In this document: piece after piece, positions 1 to 11,204 of the stretch | Numbering within the stretch: position 1 is the first letter of the stretch | Layout of the letters: every line of letters begins with the position of its first letter | From: a virus | Taxonomy: Duplodnaviria; Caudoviricetes | Length of the DNA stretch: 64,000 nucleotides | Strand: one strand, 5' to 3' | Virus record (IMG/VR): IMGVR_UViG_3300029967_000162 | Span: 32,001 to 96,000 of that record | Made by a program: the position numbers and the translations under genes | Notes under the pieces: model-generated | Seen by the model: the letters and a program-made list of their open reading frames with translations, nothing else | The model's database searches: none | What the model was told of the DNA's origin: nothing

Positions 1-633
1 ACTAAGCCTGATGATCAAGAGATAGATTCAAGTGCATTGTTGGTGATGGATGGGCCAGTCAATGACCAAAAGTTGATGGGAATGATAAACTACTATGGGT
101 ATTCAAAGATTTGCAAAGATCTAATGTATTTGATATACCAATTATGATCTCCAACAGAAAGAAATGCATATGTTGCAGAATCTATCACAAAGTTGAAGAA
201 TGAAATCAAGTGGGAATACTATTATAACAAAGAACTTTCAGACAATGATTTGTGGAGGTTGTTCAAGACAACAAGCATACATGAGTTCATTGAAAGGTGC
301 AAAGATGCAATCAACAAAATTCCATTCGTATCTAATGAAGAGTTAGCTGCAATGCTGGATTCATGCCACAATCTTAGAAATTATGAAAGATTAAAGCATC
401 ATCCAGATGAGTTCAGAAAAGTGCTTAGAACAAAGAGCTTAGATTATCTTGAGAAATATCAGAAGAAAATGTTACATGTCATGAAACTATGCAGAGAGAT
501 GTGTGAACATTATGCATTGAGACATGCAAAGGGCATTGGGTTAGTTGGCTCAAGGTCTTCAACAAATAGTTCCTTTCTTTTTGAAAGAATTGATGAAGGG
601 ATAGAGAAAGAAAGGATAGAAAACAAAGACTAA
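1..633 (+). CDS. C-terminal part (5'-truncated by window edge) of HExxH-family paralog
   Basis: Frame open from base 1 if TGA145 = Trp; LIYQL*SPTERNAYVAES aligns with LMYQIWSPTERNAYVAES of the next gene; shares KSLDYL.KYQKKMLHVMKLCREM. Confidence 0.85.
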
Positions 634-639
634 GAAGAC

Positions 640-1722
640 ATGGAAATCATAAACGAGAAGAAGTCTGTAGCGGCAACTTTGTTCTGGTCAGATATACAGA
701 GAATCATAGACTACATGCAGGCACATGGAAAGAACAAGCCTGTTGGAACAATCATTAAAGTCCCTGAAGAGATTTGTTTTACTCTGCTTGGGAAGTATTT
801 TGAAAATCTCAAGATAAGCTTAGAGATATCTAAAGAGATTGTATACAATGGAGAAACCTCTCCATTAGATGGCACCCAATATAATTGGGTTTCATATGAG
901 GAAGAAAGAACAAAAGAGCCTGACAAAGCATTAGAGTTTCCAGATAAGCTCAAAGACATATCAATTAAGATAAAAGCTTTCAGAGACCTGAGCCATGATG
1001 GTCTTGAGCTAGTCTTAGTGCATGAAATCAACCATCTGTGAGAGACATACAACAGAGCAAATGTTGAGATGCAGAAGCCAGAAGATGAAGTCGATGAGAC
1101 TTCTATGCTTGTCATGAATGGTCCAATAGACTTGAAGCTACTATTAAATGCACAGCAACTTCCTTGGATTTCAAAGAGATGCAAAGACATGCTAGGCTTG
1201 ATGTATCAGATATGGTCGCCGACAGAAAGGAATGCATATGTTGCAGAGTCTATCTCTATCCTAAGAAGAGAGATACCTTGGCATGAATATGAAAAGAAGA
1301 CTATATCCGATGAAGAGCTACTGAAGATGTTCACTACAACTAGCGTATACAGTTTCATACAAAAATCAAAGACCTTCATAGATGAAGACATTGAGAAACT
1401 CACAGAAAGAGAGCTAGAAGTCATCTTGTCTGTTTGTGTGTGCTTCAAGAATCCAAAGTCATTGCTTAAGTCTCCGGAGAAATTAAAAAAGATTCTAAAG
1501 ACAAAGAGCTTAGACTATCTTGACAAATATCAAAAGAAGATGTTGCATGTTATGAAGCTATGCAGAGAGATGACAGAGAATTTCATGGTCAGGCACTTAA
1601 AAACAAAGGGGTTGCTTGGATTGACACTTGCAACAGAAAGGCACTTCTTGTTTGAGAAGATTGATGAAGAGATAGAGAAAGAAAAGATAAAGATAGAAGA
1701 CAAGAAGGCATGGAGACTATAA
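640..1722 (+). CDS. Putative zincin-like (HExxH) protein, 360 aa
   Basis: ORFs 640..1041 and 1069..1722 are in frame, joined by TGA1039 (VHEINHL*ETY vs IHELNHLWTTY in paralog 15760..16743); downstream ExxA motif. Confidence 0.75.
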
Positions 1723-2903
1723 GTGAAAAGATAAACTGAACATCTCCAGAAGTCACAAGATTAGTTGAAGAGATTAGAGAAGTCTGCTTCAAGGATGATG
1801 TGCACACTGATTGCTCAAAGAACCGAATCAAGCATTTTAAAGTGCATCATCTAAATCTCTATGAGCAAATCAAAAAACAGTTTCCTGAAGTCACAAAGCC
1901 GGCTGAGGTAGTTTGATGGTGAGAGTTCTATGTGAAAGGCTTGCACAAGTGCAGTGCATGTGGAAAGATGCTTGAATACGGCAGAGGGGACCATCACTAC
2001 ACCTGATGTGATGAGTTCAAGTTCACACCATTCTGCTCTATAGAGTGCTCAAGGTCTGAGAAAGGCAATGCTTGTAGGATGGAGAAGACAAACAAGGCTT
2101 TCAAAGAGAAGTATGGCTGCACATTTGGTGGCCAGTATGCTGGAAATGAAGAGTTGAGGAGAAAGCAGAGAGAAAGCTTGAAGAGTCACTTTGGTGAGGA
2201 TGTTGAGAACCCAAGCCAGGCACAAGCAGTGAAAGACAAGAAAGTCAAGACATGCACAGAGCACTATGGTGGATATGGGTATGGAAGTGAAGAGCTGAGG
2301 AGGAGAGCTGAAGCAACATATAAGCAGAAGACTGGGTATAAGAATGCACAGCAAAATCCAGTGGTGAAAGCAAAGACTAAGCAAACAAACATTGAGAGAT
2401 ATGGCACAATCCTTCCAGCAAATGCAAAGCAATGGGACAACTATAGAAAAGAGTGGCTTTGGAAGTCTTGAGATACAAAGAGAGCAAACGGCACATTTGC
2501 ATCATCTAAGATCCAAGATGAAGTTGAGGAGTACTTAAAAGAAAAGTTTGGGAAAGTTGAGCATGAGTGGAATAAAGACAAGAGATATCCATGGCATTGT
2601 GACTTCTATGTTCCGAGCTTAGATCTATTCATAGAAGTGCAAGGGATGTGGACACATGGAAAGCATCCATTTGATATCACTAACAAAGAAGACTTAGCTT
2701 TACTTGAAATGTTGCAGGAGAAATCAAAGACTTCGAAGTTCTATCAAAATGCTGTTGATGTTTGATCTATTCGAGATGTAGAGAAAAGAAAGAAAGCAAT
2801 AGAAGAGAATCTCAACTTCTTTGAGTATTTTGGAAATGATTTTGAAGATTTCAAGTTACTCTTTGAAGACTATCTAAAAAACAAGAAGATGGAAGTGAAA
2901 TAA
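1710..2903 (+). CDS. Intact Zn-ribbon / repeat-array / PD-(D/E)XK endonuclease (free-standing homing endonuclease-like), 397 aa
   Basis: Single frame from ATG1710 to TAA2903 with six TGA read as Trp; CxxC...FCSxEC Zn ribbon, ~5 KxTxxERYG-type repeats, C-terminal YPWHCDFYVPSLDLFIEVQGMWTHGKHP nuclease motif. Confidence 0.8.
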
Positions 2904-2916
2904 CTTCCATCTTCTT
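2884..2916. terminator. Bidirectional intrinsic terminator-like hairpin
   Basis: AAGAAGATGGAAGT-gaaata-ACTTCCATCTTCTT between convergent genes. Confidence 0.7.
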
Positions 2917-2936
2917 TGAAAAGTTCAACCAGGAGA

Positions 2937-3542
2937 TTAAAGGGACACCTCATCTCAAAAATCCGCGCGGTATGTCATCTGAGCCGTCCAAAGATTGTCA
3001 TTGCCATAGTCAAAATCACCAAACCCAATGTTAGTAGTTGGGAATATGTTGTAGAATATCCACTGCATGAATGGGTTGCCTACCCTGTCATGGCGGGTCA
3101 CTGTCATGCTTGGTGCTACATAGTCCTTCTTGAGGCCCATCCTGCCAGTGAGTGGATCATAGATCAAGTCATTCCATGCACGCAAGAAGTTGTATGTGTA
3201 GTTGGATGGTGTGTCAGAAGTGTACCGAAGGTTGAGCTGCCAATTGATTTGGAGATCAACAGTAGTAGATGGCTGCGCACCTGCAAAGCTACGAACTGCA
3301 AACTTGTATTTCTGCTCTTTCACACTTCCAGAGCTCTTTGCGGTGTCAATGCCACTTACACTCTGTGCACCTTCAAGGATGACAAGCACTTCTTCATCAG
3401 AGGAAGACAGCCCAAGGCCAGTTGGAGGGTCCAGCTGGATCGTGAACATGTTTCCATATATAGGCTCATACAAGGATGTAGAGACACGTGAGCTACGGTA
3501 GTTGCTGAGTCCCAACAGTCCTTTTGACTTTTGTTCTGCCAT
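2937..3542 (-). CDS. Tail tube protein (T4 gp19-like)
   Basis: WNDLIYDPLTG...DY...FPT motifs; extends through TGA to YRADF(W)DEVSL-TAA, matching the aromatic/acidic gp19 C-terminus. Confidence 0.85.
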
Positions 3543-3705
3543 ATTTCTAAATAACTAAAATTTCATCTGTATGGTATTTATTTTGTTGTGGCTAGAAATA
3601 TGAAGCAAAAGATCAATGAAAGATTTTTTGAGATTTTTCATCTTCTTCCAAGACTTCTTCCTCTAGGACAATAAAAACTTTGAACATTTCAAAAAATTGA
3701 AGAAG

Positions 3706-4266
3706 ATGAAAGTCATCATTGTAGAAGGTCCTGCTGGACTTGGAAAGAGCTTGACAATAGACAACTTGCTTGACAAGATAGACAAAGAGAGTGATGGGAA
3801 GGCATTTGTGAAGTATGTGCGTTGCCAGCTTCCTGAGCAGAAGTCAGACATCATGACAATCAAGAAACCTTATGTGAGCCTCATAGATGAGCTCAAGGCG
3901 GATGCTGAAGATGAAGAGTTTGACTATGTCATCATTGAAGGATTCATTGAGAATGCAATTGTACATGTGCCTTCTCTGAGGGCTGAGCTCCAAGAGTTCT
4001 CCGACAAAGTTCTTGCAAGAGACTTCATCTCTGCTCTTGGTGAAGACAATGTGCTCTATGTCCAGCTTGCTGCATCTCCTAAGTGGGCTTATTCTACAGA
4101 TGGTTCAATGACGGAAGCAGAGAAGGAAGAAGAGGCAAAGCTCTATGATGAAGCTTTCGAGCAGGCTCCTTACAAGCACAAGAACAAGGTGCATGTAGAG
4201 CAGAACAATGGCTGGAAGGTGAACTTCAGAGTGCTTGATGAAGCTCTTGGAGGATTTGAGCTCTAG
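3706..4266 (+). CDS. P-loop nucleotide kinase-like protein (dNMP/thymidylate kinase-like)
   Basis: N-terminal IIVEGPAGLGKS Walker A; size ~186 aa. Confidence 0.6.
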   Translation: MKVIIVEGPAGLGKSLTIDNLLDKIDKESDGKAFVKYVRCQLPEQKSDIMTIKKPYVSLIDELKADAEDEEFDYVIIEGFIENAIVHVPSLRAELQEFSDKVLARDFISALGEDNVLYVQLAASPKWAYSTDGSMTEAEKEEEAKLYDEAFEQAPYKHKNKVHVEQNNGWKVNFRVLDEALGGFEL

Positions 4267-4383
4267 CTCAAGGCTTCAAGCTTTTTCATATTTTCATTTT
4301 GTGTAGTTTGGTTTTGGCCACACCTGAGAGATAAATCTTCTTGGTGTGGCATTTTTGTGCCATCTAACTTGTCTATCACACAC

Positions 4384-5232
4384 ATGGCTAAGAAGAAGTA
4401 CAATGTAGAGTCAATCCTTGAGGAAGTCTCCTCTGAAGACATACTCCAAGATGGGGAAGTCAACCTCAACTCATTCATATTGAAAGACGAGCTCTGCCCA
4501 GAGATTTGGCATGAAGGAAAGCTTGACAAGAGAATCCTCTCGCAGCTCGAGAAAGTCGCAAATGACTTCTTTGAGAAGCTTGACCTTGGGGACATACTCC
4601 CAGAGCTCTCTGAAGAAGAGATCCAGACTAAGCTCAGAGACATATACTTTATAGGGAGCCTTGCCTCTTACAACTGGTCTAAGTACTCCGACATTGACTT
4701 GCATCTTGTGATGGACTTCACAGAGCTTGCAGATGAGCATGACATGCCTCTCCTCAAGAAGTACTTCACTGCTTGCAAGAATGAGTGGAATCTTGCACAC
4801 CCTGACTTGAAAGTCCTTGGCTATGAAGTTGAAGTCTATGTCCAAGACATCAATGAAGAGAATGCGGCAAATGGCATCTACAGTGTGATGGATGATGAGT
4901 GGGTCAAAGAGCCAGAGACGATGGTCGAAGCAAACCTTGACAAGAGCCTTGTGCTGAAGAAAGTCAAGGACATCATGGTGCAAGTCGACATGCTTGAGAG
5001 ATTGGTAGAAGGTGCCCAGACTAAAGACTCGCTTGCATTGCCTTCTGAGTTTGCAAGCTCACTCTGGTCAAAGATCGTGCTCTCTAGGAGAGAGTCGCTT
5101 GCAGCCGGCCTTGGTGAGATGAACACGGACAACATCATCTTCAAGTGCTTGCGCAGGCTTGGCTACCTTGAGAAGCTCAAGAAGCTCAAGAACAAGATCT
5201 ATGACTTAGAGAACAGCACTGAGAGAGACTAA
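4384..5232 (+). CDS. Pol-beta superfamily nucleotidyltransferase
   Basis: GS...DxD signature (IGSLASYNWSKYSDIDLH) and a later EVEVYVQD acidic strand. Confidence 0.75.
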   Translation: MAKKKYNVESILEEVSSEDILQDGEVNLNSFILKDELCPEIWHEGKLDKRILSQLEKVANDFFEKLDLGDILPELSEEEIQTKLRDIYFIGSLASYNWSKYSDIDLHLVMDFTELADEHDMPLLKKYFTACKNEWNLAHPDLKVLGYEVEVYVQDINEENAANGIYSVMDDEWVKEPETMVEANLDKSLVLKKVKDIMVQVDMLERLVEGAQTKDSLALPSEFASSLWSKIVLSRRESLAAGLGEMNTDNIIFKCLRRLGYLEKLKKLKNKIYDLENSTERD

Positions 5233-5237
5233 GAGCT

Positions 5238-5810
5238 CTACAGCACCCCTAATGAGTGGAGGGTCTTCTCTGTGATGATGACAAACTCACAACCCCTCTC
5301 ATTCACATACTTCTTGGCGGCGTTCCACTTTGCGACATTCACTAAGTAAGTGTTTGCCTCATTGATGTATCTTCGGTGGTCTTTGAGCTTTGCACCTTGC
5401 TGGAGCGGCTTTGGGGCTTGTGTCTGAGCATAAGGCTTCACTTCACCGAACACTTTCTTCACTGTGCCATCTTGCTGCTTCACTTCCCACCAGAAGTCTA
5501 GGTAATATGTAGCTGGTGCAAAGTTGTGTGGGTCATTTGGATCTAAGCCTTGAGCCCTGCACTTAGTGAGGTTCTTGACTGGGTTGAGGTATGGTATGCC
5601 TATAGGCTCTGATGCTCACCGCACTATAGATGGAGACCGGTCAAGCCAAGACATGAAGGCATACTCTCATGATGACCGATACTCATTCACTCTAGAGATG
5701 CACTTCTCTGGATGGAGGGAAGGGATGAAGTACCCTTGCTTGTATCGAGTCTTGGACTCATCTAGTATTGGTGCATTCCTCTTCTTGTATGCAGCTAGGC
5801 TGCTTGCCAT
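5238..5810 (-). CDS. Head completion nuclease (T4 gp4-like, TnsA-like fold)
   Basis: YRSS*EYAFMSWLDRSPSIVR*ASEPIGIPY...YYLDFW...EVKP...NVAKWNAA...IITE; both TGAs fall at the conserved gp4 Trp positions. Confidence 0.9.
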
Positions 5811-5813
5811 GTG

Positions 5814-6248
5814 CTATGAGATTGGGTTCCACTCTGGGATGACAGATGTGTCACCAATGACATCCCAGTCATTGCCGGTAAAGACATACTCTTCATATGT
5901 GCCATCTACCTGCTTTACAAGATAGAATGTGTTTGACTCTGGTGTAGATGGGAGTGCACTCACGACTTCCATCTTCCATGCAGAAGCAGAAGCATTTGCA
6001 ACATACTCTTCAAAAGCCTCTTTGGTGACATATCCAGATCCTTCATCATCACTTCCTGCACTGTACCTATGCACACGGCGGTCATTCTCAAAGATTGAGC
6101 CTAGCACTTCTAAGTTGACTTTAGAAGAGATCTTAGCATATTTAGGGAGAGCCGTACTTGGGTCTGGGATGAGAGCAGCTTTAGAAGTGTCTTCTGGTGT
6201 CACAGTAGTGACATCGTATCTTGGATATGATATGACTTTGACTGACAT
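5814..6248 (-). CDS. Small virion-associated (fibre-like) protein
   Basis: VVSALPSTPESNTFYLV...YEEYVF...WDVIG motif typical of phage fibre/decoration modules. Confidence 0.5.
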   Translation of the reverse strand: MSVKVISYPRYDVTTVTPEDTSKAALIPDPSTALPKYAKISSKVNLEVLGSIFENDRRVHRYSAGSDDEGSGYVTKEAFEEYVANASASAWKMEVVSALPSTPESNTFYLVKQVDGTYEEYVFTGNDWDVIGDTSVIPEWNPIS

Positions 6249-6329
6249 GTCTAGATAAAATCTTTATATCTAAATTTATCTAGAGGAGGCATTTGTGAAA
6301 AAATATTTCACAGTTTCGAAAGTTTGTGT

Positions 6330-6337
6330 TATATTTG
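6330..6337 (+). promoter_or_regulatory. Bacteroidota-type sigma-A -7 box (TAnnTTTG)
   Basis: TATATTTG(CAAC) in AT-rich intergenic DNA; the same motif occurs at 11621-11628 (-, TAAATTTGCAAC) and 60437-60444 (+). Confidence 0.55.
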
Positions 6338-6604
6338 CAACAGAAACTAAAAGACAAGAACATGAAGAGAACCCACAGTATGTGTCATGGCTCTTCACTT
6401 CAGGTGCGGCAAACTTCTCAAAGACTTGCTTGAAAGAGATTGTAGCTGCTGGGCATGAAGACATAGTTGAGATGATCAACAAAGAGAAAGACAAGAAGGC
6501 GCAAGCTCGAAAGCTGAAGAGGGAGAAAGCCTTGAAGACAGAGAAGTTCAACGAGCTTATAAAACAAGGAAACTGGGAAGAAGCCGAGAAGTACATCTAA
6601 GCAG

Positions 6605-7066
6605 ATGGAAGAGCAAGAGACCATAGAGCAGCAGTCACTGGCAGATAGGCTCCAGATGATACAAGAGAGATGGACAAGCAGGGTCACAGCTCTGAATGAG
6701 AAGATGAAGACTCTGTATGACATTGACTCTCTGCTCAATGTTGTGTATGCAGACAGGCAGGATCTTGTCGACTACTACACAAACATCATGTTCACTCTTG
6801 CAAAGCTCACCAAGCAGTACAATGTGAAAGCAGCTGAGTGCTACAACAAGCTCAAAGTTGGTGAGAATGGCATCAGATACACAAATGAGAGTGCAATCAA
6901 CAACCAGATAGAAGCACAGCTCAGTGAGTTCAAGCATCCGATTCAGCTGCTCAGCTCACACATTGAGTATCTCAGGGAGACGATGAAGACCATAGACTCA
7001 CTCATCTTTGGGATCAGCAGCAAGATAAAGGTGTATGAGCTTGTGAATAGCAAGAGCACAAAGTAG
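6605..7066 (+). CDS. uvsY: Recombination mediator UvsY-like protein
   Basis: ~150-aa helical protein with C-terminal IEYLRETMKTIDSLIFGISSKI pattern; lies near gp32 and primase. Confidence 0.55.
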   Translation: MEEQETIEQQSLADRLQMIQERWTSRVTALNEKMKTLYDIDSLLNVVYADRQDLVDYYTNIMFTLAKLTKQYNVKAAECYNKLKVGENGIRYTNESAINNQIEAQLSEFKHPIQLLSSHIEYLRETMKTIDSLIFGISSKIKVYELVNSKSTK

Positions 7067-7107
7067 CAACCCTCAGATAGATAATACATAATTAAGAAAC
7101 AAAGAAG

Positions 7108-7689
7108 ATGGAAGTCAACAACAAATATTCATTCTCTCTTGAGCTTGCTATAGTAGCATTGCTTGCAGCTCAAGGGCTCTCATTCACTTACTATGTCGTA
7201 GGTGAAGCTAAGAAGAGGAAAGTGAAGAAGATCCTGCAAGAAGTTCTTGATGGTGGATCTTGGTCAAATGTGGAGGTTGTCGCACAAGACACTGATCGTG
7301 AAAATGAAGTTTCTGGTGACATTGAGATAGATGGATACCACATTGATATAAAGACAGGCAGTGGCGAGAACACTACCGGCTCGGTGTCTGCATATCTTGA
7401 CAGCCCGATCCACACTGATGTAGACTACTACCTCTCTACAGATGCAGATGGCGGCAATGTGAAAGTCTACTCTGCTATAGATGTGAAGAACTCTATGGTG
7501 AGAGGCACTGAATGGAGAAAAAGCAAAATCAATCCTGGCCAGTCATACATCCCTCTCTGGAAGTTCAATGACATCAGCAGCTCCCTCACAGATGAGACTC
7601 TTCGTGAAGTATATCACACTGTCAGAGATGGCTCTGACTGGATTGCTAAGAATGTCGTGCCAATCCACAACATGCTTTGGAGGCAATAA
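7108..7689 (+). CDS. PD-(D/E)XK nuclease-like protein
   Basis: GDIEIDGYHIDIKT (D...DxK) motif. Confidence 0.5.
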   Translation: MEVNNKYSFSLELAIVALLAAQGLSFTYYVVGEAKKRKVKKILQEVLDGGSWSNVEVVAQDTDRENEVSGDIEIDGYHIDIKTGSGENTTGSVSAYLDSPIHTDVDYYLSTDADGGNVKVYSAIDVKNSMVRGTEWRKSKINPGQSYIPLWKFNDISSSLTDETLREVYHTVRDGSDWIAKNVVPIHNMLWRQ

Positions 7690-7692
7690 GCC

Positions 7693-7863
7693 ATGAAAGA
7701 GAATGAGATGATAGGGACAGAGAACTACAAGGTGAAAGACTGCCCATTCCATGTGCCTAAGCAGAACATGAAGTTCTTCAAGGCAATGCAAGATGCAGTA
7801 GCTGGAAACACACTCTCTTCAGAGTTAGCTGACATGTTTGTGAAGTCACAATCTAAAAGTTAG
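7693..7863 (+). CDS. Small hypothetical protein (56 aa)
   Basis: ATG..TAG, phage-typical codon use, tightly packed in an operon. Confidence 0.55.
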   Translation: MKENEMIGTENYKVKDCPFHVPKQNMKFFKAMQDAVAGNTLSSELADMFVKSQSKS

Positions 7864-7868
7864 ATACT

Positions 7869-8018
7869 ATGGACTACCACTACGCACCACAGCAGGTGAA
7901 AGATGAAGGAGCACTTGCACTCTTAGGAGAGATCAGAGATCTCCTCAAGAAGCTCACAGAGCAGAATGGAGAGATCTTAGAGAAGCTCAGCAAAGGCAGC
8001 AATGCCCTGAATGGATAA
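7869..8018 (+). CDS. Small hypothetical protein (49 aa)
   Basis: ATG..TAA, LLGEIRDLLKKL coiled-coil pattern. Confidence 0.55.
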   Translation: MDYHYAPQQVKDEGALALLGEIRDLLKKLTEQNGEILEKLSKGSNALNG

Positions 8019-8024
8019 GGTGAC

Positions 8025-8690
8025 ATGATACTCAATGGCAAGCATAGTAATGGAATCACAAAGATAGGAAACCTCATTGAGTGGTTCCACCAACTTGCTG
8101 TGTGCTGCCAAGTCTCTGATGAAGAAGCCCAGAGCTGATGCGCTTCAACTGTAGAGGTTGATGGCTTGACTTATGTGAACCTCAACAAGATGAAGTATAG
8201 TCTGTCATTGCCTTCATGGAGTGATTTGTTTGATGTTGCACCAAGTGTGAGGTTTGGCTATGTGCCTTCTGTGAGGTTCTACAGTGTGCCTTCTTCTGAC
8301 AAGCTTGTGCCGATGTGCTGCAACAACATCTTGATAGAAGACAACTTTGTGAAGGACTTAGGTCTTCTCTCAAAGCTCTACATTGCAAAGAATGGAAGCC
8401 CAACACAGTCTGTGCACATCATTGCAAACAAGCTCACAGACTTCTCATTCCTTGGCAGCTTCTTTGCAACATATGAGAGAGATGAAAAGCCAAGGCTCAC
8501 TCTCAAGATCATTGACTATGCAGATGTTCCAGATGAGCAGCTCAGGAAGATCGCACGGTGCACAGCAAAAGTGAACTGCACATTGCTAGTTGCAATGGAA
8601 GACAATGTGTGGTCTAAGCTCCTCAAGCTCTGTGAGGAAGAAGGATGCAACATGAAGTGCATCCACTCAATATCGACAGGCAAAGCCTAA
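8025..8690 (+). CDS. Hypothetical protein
   Basis: ORF 8166..8690 extends upstream through one TGA to ATG8025; contains a short PSVRFxxV tandem duplication. Confidence 0.65.
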
Positions 8691-8782
8691 GACTTTCAAG
8701 TTTCAGTTTGATAAAATCTAAGCTTGGTGAAAGACCAAGCAAAGTTTAAAGTTTTTTATAAAAGTTAAAGTTAGTTAAAGTT

Positions 8783-9817
8783 ATGAGCAACAACCCAATG
8801 GACATCTTCAATGTTGTCCCGACAATCCAAGATGCACAGGTGAACAAAGTCTCTGATGAGTTCCATCCTAGTCCGAAGAACTCTAAGAATGGAGTCTATG
8901 AAGCTGTGGTTAGGTTCCTCCCGAACCCAGATGATCCAGCAAACAAGTCTGTGCTCAGGAAGAATGTAGCATTCTTGACGAATCCAATCACAAATGAGAG
9001 CAAGCTTGTAGACTGCCCTTCGACTGTGGGCAAGCCTGACCCGATAGTGAACACCTTCTTCACATTGAGGAAGTCTAACTCCGCTGTCAAGCAGGAGCAA
9101 AGCAAGATGTTCAGCCGTAGGCAGAGGTATGCAAGCTTGGTCCAGGTGCTGAAGTGCACGACAAATCCAGACCTTGAGAACAGAATCCTCATCTGGAACT
9201 ACGGCATCAAGATCTATCAGAAGCTCCAGAATGAGATGGCACCCGCAATCGGTGATCCTCGCAACCCGTTCGATGTGCTGAATGGCCGTGCATTCCTTGT
9301 TAAAGTGAAGGAAGTAGGCGGGTTCAGCAACTATGATGACTGCCAGTTTGTCGATGTCGACAAGAGTGTGAGTGCATTCAGGATTGAGACTTCTAAGGGA
9401 TTCATCCCTGTGACCCAGGAGCTCATTGCATCAGAGAAGGGCAGGAATGCAATCGTCACATATCTCAAGGAGCACATGCCTGACACGACACCTTATGAGT
9501 ACCATGAATGGGATGAGCAGACTGAGCAGTTTGTGTCTCAGGTCATCAAGATGTACATAGATCCAAACTATGTGCCTAGCTCTGCAACTTCTGCTCCAGC
9601 ACAAGGACCTGCAGCGACTCCGACTATTGGCAGCTTGACACCTAGTGCTGACATAGTGTCAAGCGCTCCTAAGCAGCAGAGCTCTGGCTCTCTTGACCTT
9701 GACAGCCTTGGGATTGGCAATGTCGCAGAAGTAGTCAACCAGAGCAATGTAGCTCCTGCACCTCAGCCGAGCACTGAGATGCCGGATCTGTCTGACATCC
9801 TCTCGAACATCCTCTAA
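8783..9817 (+). CDS. Single-stranded DNA-binding protein (T4 gp32-like)
   Basis: AVVRFLP, DCPSTVG, NPFD..GRAF.VKVK.V.GFSNYDD motifs; acidic low-complexity tail. Confidence 0.9.
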   Translation: MSNNPMDIFNVVPTIQDAQVNKVSDEFHPSPKNSKNGVYEAVVRFLPNPDDPANKSVLRKNVAFLTNPITNESKLVDCPSTVGKPDPIVNTFFTLRKSNSAVKQEQSKMFSRRQRYASLVQVLKCTTNPDLENRILIWNYGIKIYQKLQNEMAPAIGDPRNPFDVLNGRAFLVKVKEVGGFSNYDDCQFVDVDKSVSAFRIETSKGFIPVTQELIASEKGRNAIVTYLKEHMPDTTPYEYHEWDEQTEQFVSQVIKMYIDPNYVPSSATSAPAQGPAATPTIGSLTPSADIVSSAPKQQSSGSLDLDSLGIGNVAEVVNQSNVAPAPQPSTEMPDLSDILSNIL

Positions 9818-9910
9818 GCCTGTTCTTGTTTTTCATACTTACATAACATGCAAGCCTTGTGTCTAGATGATGCAAGACTTGCATCTTTCTTTTGCATACA
9901 ATCTTGTGAG

Positions 9911-11020
9911 ATGGAAGCAACAAATGACATGTTCAATGTGAGCATCAATGCTCTGCAAGACACCAATGTCTCAATAGAAGACACAAAGGAAGAGCTTGCA
10001 GACAGAGTGAGCATGATACTCAAGAGAGAGTTCCCGCACAACATGCAGAAGCAGAGAGTGAAAGTGACTCGAGAGAGCCTCAACTTTGCATGCCCATACT
10101 GTGGAGACTCTGCAATAGATGACTCTCGCAAGCGTGGGTACCTCACATTCGCTGGCAAGTGGGCAGGACACTACAAGTGCTACAACTGTGGCAAGCACAC
10201 ATCAGTGCTTAGGTTCTTCAAAGACTTCAATGAAGAGCCAAGCTTGGCAGCTGTGGCATTGCTTGCAGATGTGTCTTCAAACTCTGCACAGAGGATGCAA
10301 AGCAGTACAAGAGCATTCAATGGATTTGACAGAGAAGAAATCAAGAAGTATGGAGTTGAAAAGATCAAGCTTGCGGCATTGCTGAGGGCATTTCCAATAG
10401 ATGATCCTATCAGTGCGCCATGCAAGGCATATCTCATTAAGAGGAGGCAGCTTGACCTCTCAAAGTTCATGTACATCCCATCACTCAAGTGGCTTGTCAT
10501 CTTGAACTTTGCAGATGACATTGTCATTGGTATGCAGCTCAGAGACTTGACCGGCCAACGACAAGCGCGATACAATACTTTCAATCTGTCAAGAATCCAC
10601 TCAAGCATATTGAGAAATCATGTTGAGGTCCCAACTAAGCTTGATGAGTCATCTCTCATCTACAACTTGTACAGCATTGACTGGAACAAGCCAGTCATCG
10701 TGACTGAAGGGCCGCTCGACTCATTCTTAGTGCCAAATGGCATTGCGACAGCTGGAGCAAACAAGCATGTGAGCTTGCCAATGAAGCTCTGGTGGCTCTT
10801 TGACAATGATGAGACTGGAAGGAAGCATGCAATCGAGAAGCTCAACAACAATGAGCAGGTGTTCATGTGGGACAAGCTCATGAGAGACTTAGGTCTGCCA
10901 CAGCGCAAGAAGTGGGATGTGAATGATGTTGTGATGTGGATGCACCTGAATGGAATCAACAAGAAGGTAGACTGGCTGAGCTACTTCAGTGATGACCCAT
11001 TCGACATGCTCTCTATCTAA
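9911..11020 (+). CDS. DNA primase (T4 gp61-like)
   Basis: Zn finger NFACPYCGDS...YKCYNCG; TOPRIM motifs VTEGPLDSF, FDND, WDVND. Confidence 0.92.
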   Translation: MEATNDMFNVSINALQDTNVSIEDTKEELADRVSMILKREFPHNMQKQRVKVTRESLNFACPYCGDSAIDDSRKRGYLTFAGKWAGHYKCYNCGKHTSVLRFFKDFNEEPSLAAVALLADVSSNSAQRMQSSTRAFNGFDREEIKKYGVEKIKLAALLRAFPIDDPISAPCKAYLIKRRQLDLSKFMYIPSLKWLVILNFADDIVIGMQLRDLTGQRQARYNTFNLSRIHSSILRNHVEVPTKLDESSLIYNLYSIDWNKPVIVTEGPLDSFLVPNGIATAGANKHVSLPMKLWWLFDNDETGRKHAIEKLNNNEQVFMWDKLMRDLGLPQRKKWDVNDVVMWMHLNGINKKVDWLSYFSDDPFDMLSI

Positions 11021-11032
11021 GTCAGGGTGTAG

Positions 11033-11142
11033 GATGCCCTAGGAATGCGACATTTTGCCCTAGTGGGCGGCTAAGCCCAATTCTGAATAACTAATCAAAA
11101 AGTCAAATTTGAAGATTTGCCATCACCAGGCGGCAAACTTTC
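11033..11142 (+). repeat. Partial third copy (distal module) of the dispersed intergenic element
   Basis: ATGCCCTAGGAATGCGACATTT...AGTGGGCGGCTAAGC...TAACTAATCAAAA...TTTGCC matches 60295-60400 and the reverse complement of 27931-28035. Confidence 0.85.
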
Positions 11143-11204
11143 AAATACAAAGAGAGAATATCTTATGACATCCTCTCTTCATTATTAAAAAAACGAGTGC
11201 TTGC

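Noticed and set aside
6295-6600. 101-aa ORF as annotated
   Set aside because: Its 5' part overlaps a promoter-like AT-rich region and the start is unclear; only the 3' half looks coding, so it was not called.
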